Shown: one piece after another, positions 1 through 11,400 of the stretch
Position numbering within the stretch: the stretch's first letter is position 1
Layout: each line of letters begins with the position of its first letter
NCBI GenBank assembly: GCA_964016885.1
Contig: OZ024743.1
Span: 354,516,001 to 354,580,000 of the forward strand
Direction: 5' to 3'
Length of the DNA stretch: 64,000 bases
Origin: Eledone cirrhosa
Taxonomy: Eukaryota
Translations under genes and position numbers: made by a program
The notes under the pieces: generated by a model
Told to the model about the DNA's origin: nothing
Seen by the model: only the letters and a program-made list of their open reading frames with translations
Databases searched by the model: none

Positions 1-3000
1 GTGATGCTGATGATTGTCCTCATGCTGGTTGTTGTTGGTGGTAGAGATTAAGGTTTTTGTGTTTCTGGTAATGGTGATGCTGATGATTGTCTTCATGCTG
101 GTTGTTGTTGGTGATAGAGATTGAGATATTTGTGATTCTGGTAATGGTGATGCTGATGATTGTCCTCATGCTGGTTGTTGTTGGTGGTAGAGATTGAGGT
201 TTTTGTGATCCTGGTAATGGTGATGCTGATGATTGTCTTCATGCTGGTTGTTGTTGGTGGTAGAGATTGAGGTTTTTGTGATTCTCGTAATGGTGATGCT
301 GATGATTGTCCTCATGCTGGTGTTGTTGGTGGTAGAGATTGAGGTTTTTGTGATTCTGGTAATGGTGATGCTGATGATTGTCCTCATGCTGGTTGTTGTT
401 GGTGGTAGAGATTGAGGTTTTTGTGATCCTGGTAATGGTGATGCTGATGATTGTCCTCATGCTGGTTGTTGTTGGTGGTAGAGATTGAGGTTTTTGTGAT
501 CCTGGTAATGGTGATGCTGATGATTGTCTTCATGCTGGTTGTTGTTGGTGGTAGAGATTGAGGTTTTTGTGATTCTCGTAATGGTGATGCTGATGATTGT
601 CCTCATGCTGGTTGTTGTTGGTGGTAGAGATTGAGGTTTTTGGAATTCTGGTAATGGTGATGCTGATGATTGTCCTCCTGCTGGTTGTTGTTGGTGGTAA
701 ACATTGAGGTTTTTGTGATTCTGGTAATGGTGATGCTGATGATTGTCCTCATGCTGGTTGTTGTTGGTGGTAGAGATTGAGGTTTTTGTGTTTCTGGTAA
801 TGGTGATGCTGATGATTGTCTTGATGCTGGTTGCTGTTGGTGATAGAGATTGAGGTCTTTGTGATTCTGGTAATGGTGTTGCTGATGATTGTCCTCATGC
901 TGGTTGTTGTTGGTGGTAGAGATTGAGGTTTTTGGGATTCTGGTAATGGTGATGCTGATGATTGTCCTCATGCTGGTTGTTGTTGGTGGTAGAGATTGAG
1001 GTTTTTGTGTTTCTGGTAATGGTGATGCTGATGATTATCCTCATGCTGGTTGTTGTTGGTGGTAGAGATTGAGGTTTTTGTGTTTCTGGTAATGGTGATG
1101 CTGATGATTGTCCTCATGCTGGTTGTTGTTGGTGGTAGAGATTGAGATATTTGTGATTCTGGTAATGGTGATGCTGATGATTGTCCTCATGCTGGTTGTT
1201 GTTGGTGGTAGAGATTGAGGTTTTTGTGATCCTGGTAATGGTGATGCTGATGATTGTCCTCATGCTGGTTGTTGTTGGTGGTAGAGATTGAGATATTTGT
1301 GATTCTGGTAATGGTGATGCTGATGATTGTCCTCATGCTGGTTGTTGTTGGTGGTAGAGATTGAGGTTTTTGTGATCCTGGTAATGGTGATGCTGATGAT
1401 TGTCCTCATGCTGGTTGTTGTTGGTGGTAGAGATTGAGATATTTGTGATTCTGGTAATGGTGATGCTGATGATTGTCCTCATGCTGGTTGTTGTTGGTGG
1501 TAGAGATTGAGGTTTTTGTGATCCTGGTAATGGTGATGCTGATGATTGTCCTCATGCTGGTTGTTGTTGGTGGTAGAGATTGAGGTTTTTGTGATCCTGG
1601 TAATGGTGATGCTGATGATTGTCTTCATGCTGGTTGTTGTTGGTGGTAGAGATTGAGGTTTTTGTGATTCTGGTAATGGTGATGCTGATTATTGTCCTCA
1701 TGCTGGTGTTGTTGGTGGTAGAGATTGAGGTTTTTGTGATTCTGGTAATGGTGATGCTGATGATTGTCTTCATGCTGGTTGCTGTTGGTGATAGAGATTG
1801 AGGTATTCGTGAATCTGGTAATGGTGATGCTGATGATTGTTTTCATGCTGGTTGTTGTTGGTGGTAGAGATTGAGGTTTTTGTGATCCTGGTAATGGTGA
1901 TGCTGATGATTGTCCTCACGCTGGTTGTTGTTGGTGGTAGAGATTGAGGTTTTTGTGATCCTGGTAATGGTGATGCTGATGATTGTCCTCATGCTGGTTG
2001 TTGTTGGTGGTAGAGATTGAGGTTTTTGTGATTCTGGTAATGGTGATGCTGATGATTGTCCTCATGCTGGTTGTTGTTGGTGGTAGAGATTGAGGTTTTT
2101 GTGTTTCTGGTAATGGTGATGCTGATGATTGGCTTGATGCTGGTTGCTGTTGGTGATAGAGATTGAGGTCTTTGTGATTCTGGTAATGGTGTTGCTGATG
2201 ATTGTCCTCATGCTGGTTGTTGTTGGTGGTAGAGTTTGAGGTTTTTGTGATTCTGGTAATGGTGATGCTGATGATTGTCTTCATGCTGGTTGCTGTTGGC
2301 GATAGAGATTGAGGTCTTTGTGATTCTGGTAATGGTGATGCTGATGATTGTCTTCATGCTGGTTGTTGTTGGTGATAGAGATTGAGGTTTTTGTGATTCT
2401 GGTAAATGCGATGCTGATGATTGTCTTCATGCTGGTTGTTGTTGGTGGTAGAGATTGAGGTTTTTGGGATTCTGGTAATGGTGATGCTGATGATTGTCCT
2501 CATGCTGGTTGTTGTTGGTGGTAGAGATTGAGGTTTTTGTGTTTCTGGTAATGGTGATGCTGATGATTGTCCTCATGCTGGTTGTTGTTGGTGGTAGAGA
2601 TTGAGGTTTTTGTGTTTCTGGTAATGGTGATGCTGATGATTGTCCTCATGCTGGTTGTTGTTGGTGGTAGAGATTAAGGTTTTTGTGTTTCTGGTAATGG
2701 TGATGCTGATGATTGTCTTCATGCTGGTTGTTGTTGGTGATAGAGATTGAGATATTTGTGATTCTGGTAATGGTGATGCTGATGATTGTCCTCATGCTGG
2801 TTGTTGTTGGTGGTAGAGATTGAGGTTTTTGTGATCCTGGTAATGGTGATGCTGATGATTGTCCTCATGCTGGTTGTTGTTGGTGGTAGAGATTGAGGTT
2901 TTTGTGATCCTGGTAATGGTGATGCTGATGATTGTCTTCATGCTGGTTGTTGTTGGTGGTAGAGATTGAGGTTTTTGTGATTCTCGTAATGGTGATGCTG

Positions 3001-4319
3001 ATGATTGTCCTCATGCTGGTGTTGTTGGTGGTAGAGATTGAGGTTTTTGTGATTCTGGTAATGGTGATGCTGATGATTGTCTTCATGCTGGTTGCTGTTG
3101 GTGATAGAGATTGAGGTCTTTGTGATTCTGGTAATGGTGATGCTGATGATTGTCCTCATGCTGGTTGTTGTTGGTGGTAGAGATTGAGGTTTTTGGAATT
3201 CTGGTAATGGTGATGCTGATGATTGTCCTCCTGCTGGTTGTTGTTGGTGGTAAACATTGAGGTTTTTGTGATTCTGGTAATGGTGATGCTGATGATTGTC
3301 CTCATGCTGGTTGTTGTTGGTGGTAGAGATTGAGGTTTTTGTGTTTCTGGTAATGGTGATGCTGATGATTGTCTTGATGCTGGTTGCTGTTGGTGATAGA
3401 GATTGAGGTCTTTGTGATTCTGGTAATGGTGTTGCTGATGATTGTCCTCATGCTGGTTGTTGTTGGTGGTAGAGATTGAGGTTTTTGTGATTCTGGTAAT
3501 GGTGATGCTGATGATTGTCTTCATGCTGGTTGCTGTTGGCGATAGAGATTGAGGGCTTTGTGATTCTGGTAATGGTGATGCTGATGATTGTCCTCATGCT
3601 GGTTGTTGTTGGTGGTAGAGATTGAGGGCTTTGTGATTCTGGTAATGGTGATGCTGATGACTGTCCTCATGCTGGTTGTTGTTGGTGGTAGAGATTGAGG
3701 TTTTTGTGATTCTGGTAAAGGCGATGCTGATGATTGTCTTCATGCTGGTTGTTGTTGGTGGTAGAGATTGAGGTTTTTGTGATTCTGGTAATGGTGATGC
3801 TGATGATTGTCCTCATGCTGGTTGTTGTTGGTGATAGAGATTGAGGTTTTTGTGTTTCTGGTAATGGTGATGCTGATGATTGTCCTCATGCTGGTTGTTG
3901 TTGGTGGTAGAGATTGAGGTTTTTGTGTTTCTGGTAATGGTGATGCTGATGATTGTCCTCATGCTGGTTGTTGTCGGTGGTAGAGATTGAGATATTTGTG
4001 ATTCTGGTAATGGTGATGCTGATGATTGTCCTCATGCTGGTTATTGTTGGTGGTAGAGATTGAGGTTTTTGTGATCCTGGTAATGGTGATGCTGATGATT
4101 GTCCTCATGCTGGTTGTTGTTGGTGGTAGAGATTGAGATATTTGTGACTCTGGTAATGGTGATGCTGATGATTGTCCTCATGCTGGTTGTTGTTGGTGGT
4201 AGAGATTGAGGTTTTTGTGATCCTGGTAATGGTGATGCTGATGATTGTCCTCATGCTGGTTGTTGTTGGTTGTAGAGATTGAGATATTTGTGATTCTGGT
4301 AATGGTGATGCTGATGATT

Positions 4320-7300
4320 GTCCTCATGCTGGCTGTTGTTGGTGGTAGAGATTGACGTTTTTGTGATCCTGGTAATGGTGATGCTGATGATTGTCCTCAT
4401 GCTGGTTGTTGTTGGTGGTAGAGATTGAGGTTTTTGGGATTCTGGTAATGGTGATGCTGATGATTGTCCTCCTGCTGGTTGTTGTTGGTGGTAGACATTG
4501 AGGTTTTTGTGATTCTGGTAATGGTGATGCTGATGATTGTCCTCATACTGGTTGTTGTTGGTGGTAGAGATTGAGGTTTTTGTGATCCTGGTAATGGTGA
4601 TGCTGATGATTGTCCTCATGCTGGTTGTTGTTGGTGGTAGAGATTGAGGTTTTTGTGATCCTGGTAATGGTGATGCTGATGATTGTCCTCATGCTGGTTG
4701 TTGTTGGTGGTAGAGATTGAGATATTTGTGATGCTGGTAATGGTGATGCTGATGATTGTCCTCATGCTGGTTGTTGTTGGTAGTAGAGATTGAGGTTTTT
4801 GTGATCCTGGTAATGGTGATGCTGATGATTGTCCTCATGCTGGTTGTTGTTGGTGGTAGAGATTGAGGTTTTTGTGATCCTGGTAATGGTGATGCTGATG
4901 ATTGTCTTCATGCTGGTTGTTGTTGGTGGTAGAGATTGAGGTTTTTGTGATTCTGGTAATGGTGATGCTGATTATTGTCCTCATGCTGGTGTTGTTGGTG
5001 GTAGAGATTGAGGTTTTTGTGATTCTGGTAATGGTGATGCTGATGATTGTCTTCATGCTGGTTGCTGTTGGTGATAGAGATTGAGGTCTTCGTGAATCTG
5101 GTAATGGTGATGCTGATGATTGTTTTCATGCTGGTTGTTGTTGGTGGTAGAGATTGAGGTTTTTGTGATCCTGGTAATGGTGATGCTGATGATTGTCCTC
5201 ACGCTGGTTGTTGTTGGTGGTAGAGATTGAGGTTTTTGTGATCCTGGTAATGGTGATGCTGATGATTGTCCTCATGCTGGTTGTTGTTGGTGGTAGAGAT
5301 TGAGGTTTTTGTGATTCTGGTAATGGTGATGCTGATGATTGTCCTCATGCTGGTTGTTGTTGGTGGTAGAGATCGAGGTTTTTGTGTTTCTGGTAATGGT
5401 GATGCTGATGATTGGCTTGATGCTGGTTGCTGTTGGTGATAGAGATTGAGGTCTTTGTGATTCTGGTAATGGTGTTGCTGATGATTGTCCTCATGCTGGT
5501 TGTTGTTGGTGGTAGAGATTGAGGTTTTTGTGATTCTGGTAATGGTGATGCTGATGATTGTCTTCATGCTGGTTGCTGTTGGCGATAGAGATTGAGGTCT
5601 TTGTGATTCTGGTAATGGTGATGCTGATGATTGTCTTCATGCTGGTTGTTGTTGGTGATAGAGATTGAGGTTTTTGTGATTCTGGTAAATGCGATGCTGA
5701 TGATTGTCTTCATGCTGGTTGTTGTTGGTGGTAGAGATTGAGGTTTTTGGGATTCTGGTAATGGTGATGCTGATGATTGTCCTCATGCTGGTTGTTGTTG
5801 GTGGTAGAGATTGAGGTTTTTGTGTTTCTGGTAATGGTGATGCTGATGATTGTCCTCATGCTGGTTGTTGTTGGTGGTAGAGATTGAGGTTTTTGTGTTT
5901 CTGGTAATGGTGATGCTGATGATTGTCCTCATGCTGGTTGTTGTTGGTGGTAGAGATTAAGGTTTTTGTGTTTCTGGTAATGGTGATGCTGATGATTGTC
6001 TTCATGCTGGTTGTTGTTGGTGATAGAGATTGAGATATTTATGATTCTGGTAATGGTGATGGTGATGATTGTCCTCATGCTGGCTGTTGTTGGTGGTAGA
6101 GATTGACGTTTTTGTGATCCTGGTAATGGTGATGCTGATGATTGTCCTCATGCTGGTTGTTGTTGGTGGTAGAGATTGAGGTTTTTGGGATTCTGGTAAT
6201 GGTGATGCTGATGATTGTCCTCCTGCTGGTTGTTGTTGGTGGTAGACATTGAGGTTTTTGTGATTCTGGTAATGGTGATGCTGATGATTGTCCTCATACT
6301 GGTTGTTGTTGGTGGTAGAGATTGAGGTTTTTGTGATCCTGGTAATGGTGATGCTGATGATTGTCCTCATGCTGGTTGTTGTTGGTGGTAGAGATTGAGG
6401 TTTTTGTGATCCTGGTAATGGTGATGCTGATGATTGTCCTCATGCTGGTTGTTGTTGGTGGTAGAGATTGAGATATTTGTGATTCTGGTAATGGTGATGC
6501 TGATGATTGTCCTCATGCTGGTTGTTGTTGGTAGTAGAGATTGAGGTTTTTGTGATCCTGGTAATGGTGATGCTGATGATTGTCCTCATGCTGGTTGTTG
6601 TTGGTGGTAGAGATTGAGGTTTTTGTGATCCTGGTAATGGTGATGCTGATGATTGTCTTCATGCTGGTTGTTGTTGGTGGTAGAGATTGAGGTTTTTGTG
6701 ATTCTGGTAATGGTGATGCTGATTATTGTCCTCATGCTGGTGTTGTTGGTGGTAGAGATTGAGGTTTTTGTGATTCTGGTAATGGTGATGCTGATGATTG
6801 TCTTCATGCTGGTTGCTGTTGGTGATAGAGATTGAGGTCTTCGTGAATCTGGTAATGGTGATGCTGATGATTGTTTTCATGCTGGTTGTTGTTGGTGGTA
6901 GAGATTGAGGTTTTTGTGATCCTGGTAATGGTGATGCTGATGATTGTCCTCACGCTGGTTGTTGTTGGTGGTAGAGATTGAGGTTTTTGTGATCCTGGTA
7001 ATGGTGATGCTGATGATTGTCCTCATGCTGGTTGTTGTTGGTGGTAGAGATTGAGGTTTTTGTGATTCTGGTAATGGTGATGCTGATGATTGTCCTCATG
7101 CTGGTTGTTGTTGGTGGTAGAGATTGAGGTTTTTGTGTTTCTGGTAATGGTGATGCTGATGATTGGCTTGATGCTGGTTGCTGTTGGTGATAGAGATTGA
7201 GGTCTTTGTGATTCTGGTAATGGTGTTGCTGATGATTGTCCTCATGCTGGTTGTTGTTGGTGGTAGAGATTGAGGTTTTTGTGATTCTGGTAATGGTGAT

Positions 7301-7820
7301 GCTGATGATTGTCTTCATGCTGGTTGCTGTTGGCGATAGAGATTGAGGTCTTTGTGATTCTGGTAATGGTGATGCTGATGATTGTCTTCATGCTGGTTGT
7401 TGTTGGTGATAGAGATTGAGGTTTTTGTGATTCTGGTAAATGCGATGCTGATGATTGTCTTCATGCTGGTTGTTGTTGGTGGTAGAGATTGAGGTTTTTG
7501 GGATTCTGGTAATGGTGATGCTGATGATTGTCCTCATGCTGGTTGTTGTTGGTGGTAGAGATTGAGGTTTTTGTGTTTCTGGTAATGGTGATGCTGATGA
7601 TTTTCCTCATGCTGGTTGTTGTTGGTGGTAGAGATTGAGGTTTTTGTGTTTCTGGTAATGGTGATGCTGATGATTGTCCTCATGCTGGTTGTTGTTGGTG
7701 GTAGAGATTAAGGTTTTTGTGTTTCTGGTAATGGTGATGCTGATGATTGTCTTCATGCTGGTTGTTGTTGGTGATAGAGATTGAGATATTTGTGATTCTG
7801 GTAATGGTGATGCTGATGAT
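4320..7820 (+). repeat. Tandem duplication of a 24-monomer block (1,751 bp)
   Basis: GGCTGTT..GACGTTT at 4331/6082 and CACGCTG at 5200/6951. ORF pairs 4251/6002, 4835/6586 and 5199/6950 are all offset by 1751 (24x73-1). Confidence 0.9.
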
Positions 7821-10800
7821 TGTCCTCATGCTGGTTGTTGTTGGTGGTAGAGATTGAGGTTTTTGTGATCCTGGTAATGGTGATGCTGATGATTGTCCTC
7901 ATGCTGGTTGTTGTTGGTGGTAGAGATTGAGGTTTTTGTGATCCTGGTAATGGTGATGCTGATGATTGTCTTCATGCTGGTTGTTGTTGGTGGTAGAGAT
8001 TGAGGTTTTTGTGATTCTCGTAATGGTGATGCTGATGATTGTCCTCATGCTGGTGTTGTTGGTGGTAGAGATTGAGGTTTTTGTGATTCTGGTAATGGTG
8101 ATGCTGATGATTGTCTTCATGCTGGTTGCTGTTGGTGATAGAGATTGAGGTCTTTGTGATTCTGGTAATGGTGATGCTGATGATTGTCCTCATGCTGGTT
8201 GTTGTTGGTGGTAGAGATTGAGGTTTTTGGAATTCTGGTAATGGTGATGCTGATGATTGTCCTCCTGCTGGTTGTTGTTGGTGGTAAACATTGAGGTTTT
8301 TGTGATTCTGGTAATGGTGATGCTGATGATTGTCCTCATGCTGGTTGTTGTTGGTGGTAGAGATTGAGGTTTTTGTGTTTCTGGTAATGGTGATGCTGAT
8401 GATTGTCTTGATGCTGGTTGCTGTTGGTGATAGAGATTGAGGTCTTTGTGATTCTGGTAATGGTGTTGCTGATGATTGTCCTCATGCTGGTTGTTGTTGG
8501 TGGTAGAGATTGAGGTTTTTGTGATTCTGGTAATGGTGATGCTGATGATTGTCTTCATGCTGGTTGCTGTTGGCGATAGAGATTGAGGGCTTTGTGATTC
8601 TGGTAATGGTGATGCTGATGATTGTCCTCATGCTGGTTGTTGTTGGTGGTAGAGATTGAGGGCTTTGTGATTCTGGTAATGGTGATGCTGATGACTGTCC
8701 TCATGCTGGTTGTTGTTGGTGGTAGAGATTGAGGTTTTTGTGATTCTGGTAAAGGCGATGCTGATGATTGTCTTCATGCTGGTTGTTGTTGGTGGTAGAG
8801 ATTGAGGTTTTTGTGATTCTGGTAATGGTGATGCTGATGATTGTCCTCATGCTGGTTGTTGTTGGTGATAGAGATTGAGGTTTTTGTGTTTCTGGTAATG
8901 GTGATGCTGATGATTGTCCTCCTGCTGGTTGTTGTTGGTGGTAGACATTGAGGTTTTTGTGATTCTGGTAATGGTGATGCTGATGATTGTCCTCATACTG
9001 GTTGTTGTTGGTGGTAGAGATTGAGGTTTTTGTGATCCTGGTAATGGTGATGCTGATGATTGTCCTCATGCTGGTTGTTGTTGGTGGTAGAGATTGAGGT
9101 TTTTGTGATCCTGGTAATGGTGATGCTGATGATTGTCCTCATGCTGGTTGTTGTTGGTGGTAGAGATTGAGATACTTGTGATTCTGGTAATGGTGATGCT
9201 GATGATTGTCCTCATGCTGGTTGTTGTTGGTAGTAGAGATTGAGGTTTTTGTGATCCTGGTAATGGTGATGCTGATGATTGTCCTCATGCTGGTTGTTGT
9301 TGGTGGTAGAGATTGAGGTTTTTGTGATCCTGGTAATGGTGATGCTGATGATTGTCTTCATGCTGGTTGTTGTTGGTGGTAGAGATTGAGGTTTTTGTGA
9401 TTCTGGTAATGGTGATGCTGATTATTGTCCTCATGCTGGTGTTGTTGGTGGTAGAGATTGAGGTTTTTGTGATTCTGGTAATGGTGATGCTGATGATTGT
9501 CTTCATGCTGGTTGCTGTTGGTGATAGAGATTGAGGTCTTCGTGAATCTGGTAATGGTGATGCTGATGATTGTTTTCATGCTGGTTGTTGTTGGTGGTAG
9601 AGATTGAGGTTTTTGTGATCCTGGTAATGGTGATGCTGATGATTGTCCTCACGCTGGTTGTTGTTGGTGGTAGAGATTGAGGTTTTTGTGATCCTGGTAA
9701 TGGTGATGCTGATGATTGTCCTCATGCTGGTTGTTGTTGGTGGTAGAGATTGAGGTTTTTGTGATTCTGGTAATGGTGATGCTGATGATTGTCCTCATGC
9801 TGGTTGTTGTTGGTGGTAGAGATTGAGGTTTTTGTGTTTCTGGTAATGGTGATGCTGATGATTGGCTTGATGCTGGTTGCTGTTGGTGATAGAGATTGAG
9901 GTCTTTGTGATTCTGGTAATGGTGTTGCTGATGATTGTCCTCATGCTGGTTGTTGTTGGTGGTAGAGATTGAGGTTTTTGTGATTCTGGTAATGGTGATG
10001 CTGATGATTGTCTTCATGCTGGTTGCTGTTGGCGATAGAGATTGAGGTCTTTGTGATTCTGGTAATGGTGATGCTGATGATTGTCTTCATGCTGGTTGTT
10101 GTTGGTGATAGAGATTGAGGTTTTTGTGATTCTGGTAAATGCGATGCTGATGATTGTCTTCATGCTGGTTGTTGTTGGTGGTAGAGATTGAGGTTTTTGG
10201 GATTCTGGTAATGGTGATGCTGATGATTGTCCTCATGCTGGTTGTTGTTGGTGGTAGAGATTGAGGTTTTTGTGTTTCTGGTAATGGTGATGCTGATGAT
10301 TGTCCTCATGCTGGTTGTTGTTGGTGGTAGAGATTGAGGTTTTTGTGTTTCTGGTAATGGTGATGCTGATGATTGTCCTCATGCTGGTTGTTGTTGGTGG
10401 TAGAGATTAAGGTTTTTGTGTTTCTGGTAATGGTGATGCTGATGATTGTCTTCATGCTGGTTGTTGTTGGTGATAGAGATTGAGATATTTGTGATTCTGG
10501 TAATGGTGATGCTGATGATTGTCCTCATGCTGGTTGTTGTTGGTGGTAGAGATTGAGGTTTTTGTGATCCTGGTAATGGTGATGCTGATGATTGTCCTCA
10601 TGCTGGTTGTTGTTGGTGGTAGAGATTGAGGTTTTTGTGATCCTGGTAATGGTGATGCTGATGATTGTCTTCATGCTGGTTGTTGTTGGTGGTAGAGATT
10701 GAGGTTTTTGTGATTCTCGTAATGGTGATGCTGATGATTGTCTTCATGCTGGTTGCTGTTGGTGATAGAGATTGAGGTCTTTGTGATTCTGGTAATGGTG

Positions 10801-11400
10801 ATGCTGATGATTGTCCTCATGCTGGTTGTTGTTGGTGGTAGAGATTGAGGTTTTTGGAATTCTGGTAATGGTGATGCTGATGATTGTCCTCCTGCTGGTT
10901 GTTGTTGGTGGTAAACATTGAGGTTTTTGTGATTCTGGTAATGGTGATGCTGATGATTGTCCTCATGCTGGTTGTTGTTGGTGGTAGAGATTGAGGTTTT
11001 TGTGTTTCTGGTAATGGTGATGCTGATGATTGTCTTGATGCTGGTTGCTGTTGGTGATAGAGATTGAGGTCTTTGTGATTCTGGTAATGGTGTTGCTGAT
11101 GATTGTCCTCATGCTGGTTGTTGTTGGTGGTAGAGATTGAGGTTTTTGTGATTCTGGTAATGGTGATGCTGATGATTGTCTTCATGCTGGTTGCTGTTGG
11201 CGATAGAGATTGAGGGCTTTGTGATTCTGGTAATGGTGATGCTGATGATTGTCTTCATGCTGGTTGCTGTTGGCGATAGAGATTGAGGGCTTTGTGATTC
11301 TGGTAATGGTGATGCTGATGATTGTCCTCATGCTGGTTGTTGTTGGTGGTAGAGATTGAGGTTTTTGTGATTCTGGTAAAGGCGATGCTGATGATTGTCT
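6222..11400 (+). repeat. Tandem duplication of a 37-monomer block (2,699 bp; second copy lacks one 72-bp monomer)
   Basis: CCTGCTG..GACATTG at 6222/8921 and CACG at 6951/9650 (offset 2699 = 37x73-2). The offset drops to 2627 at EcoRI 8230/10857. Confidence 0.85.

Noticed and set aside
21-340. Chi-like octamer (GCTGGTTG in consensus, GCTGGTGT in the 72-mer, versus E. coli Chi GCTGGTGG)
   Set aside because: These are only mismatched versions, expected in G/T-rich DNA, and there is no evidence that the sequence is bacterial.
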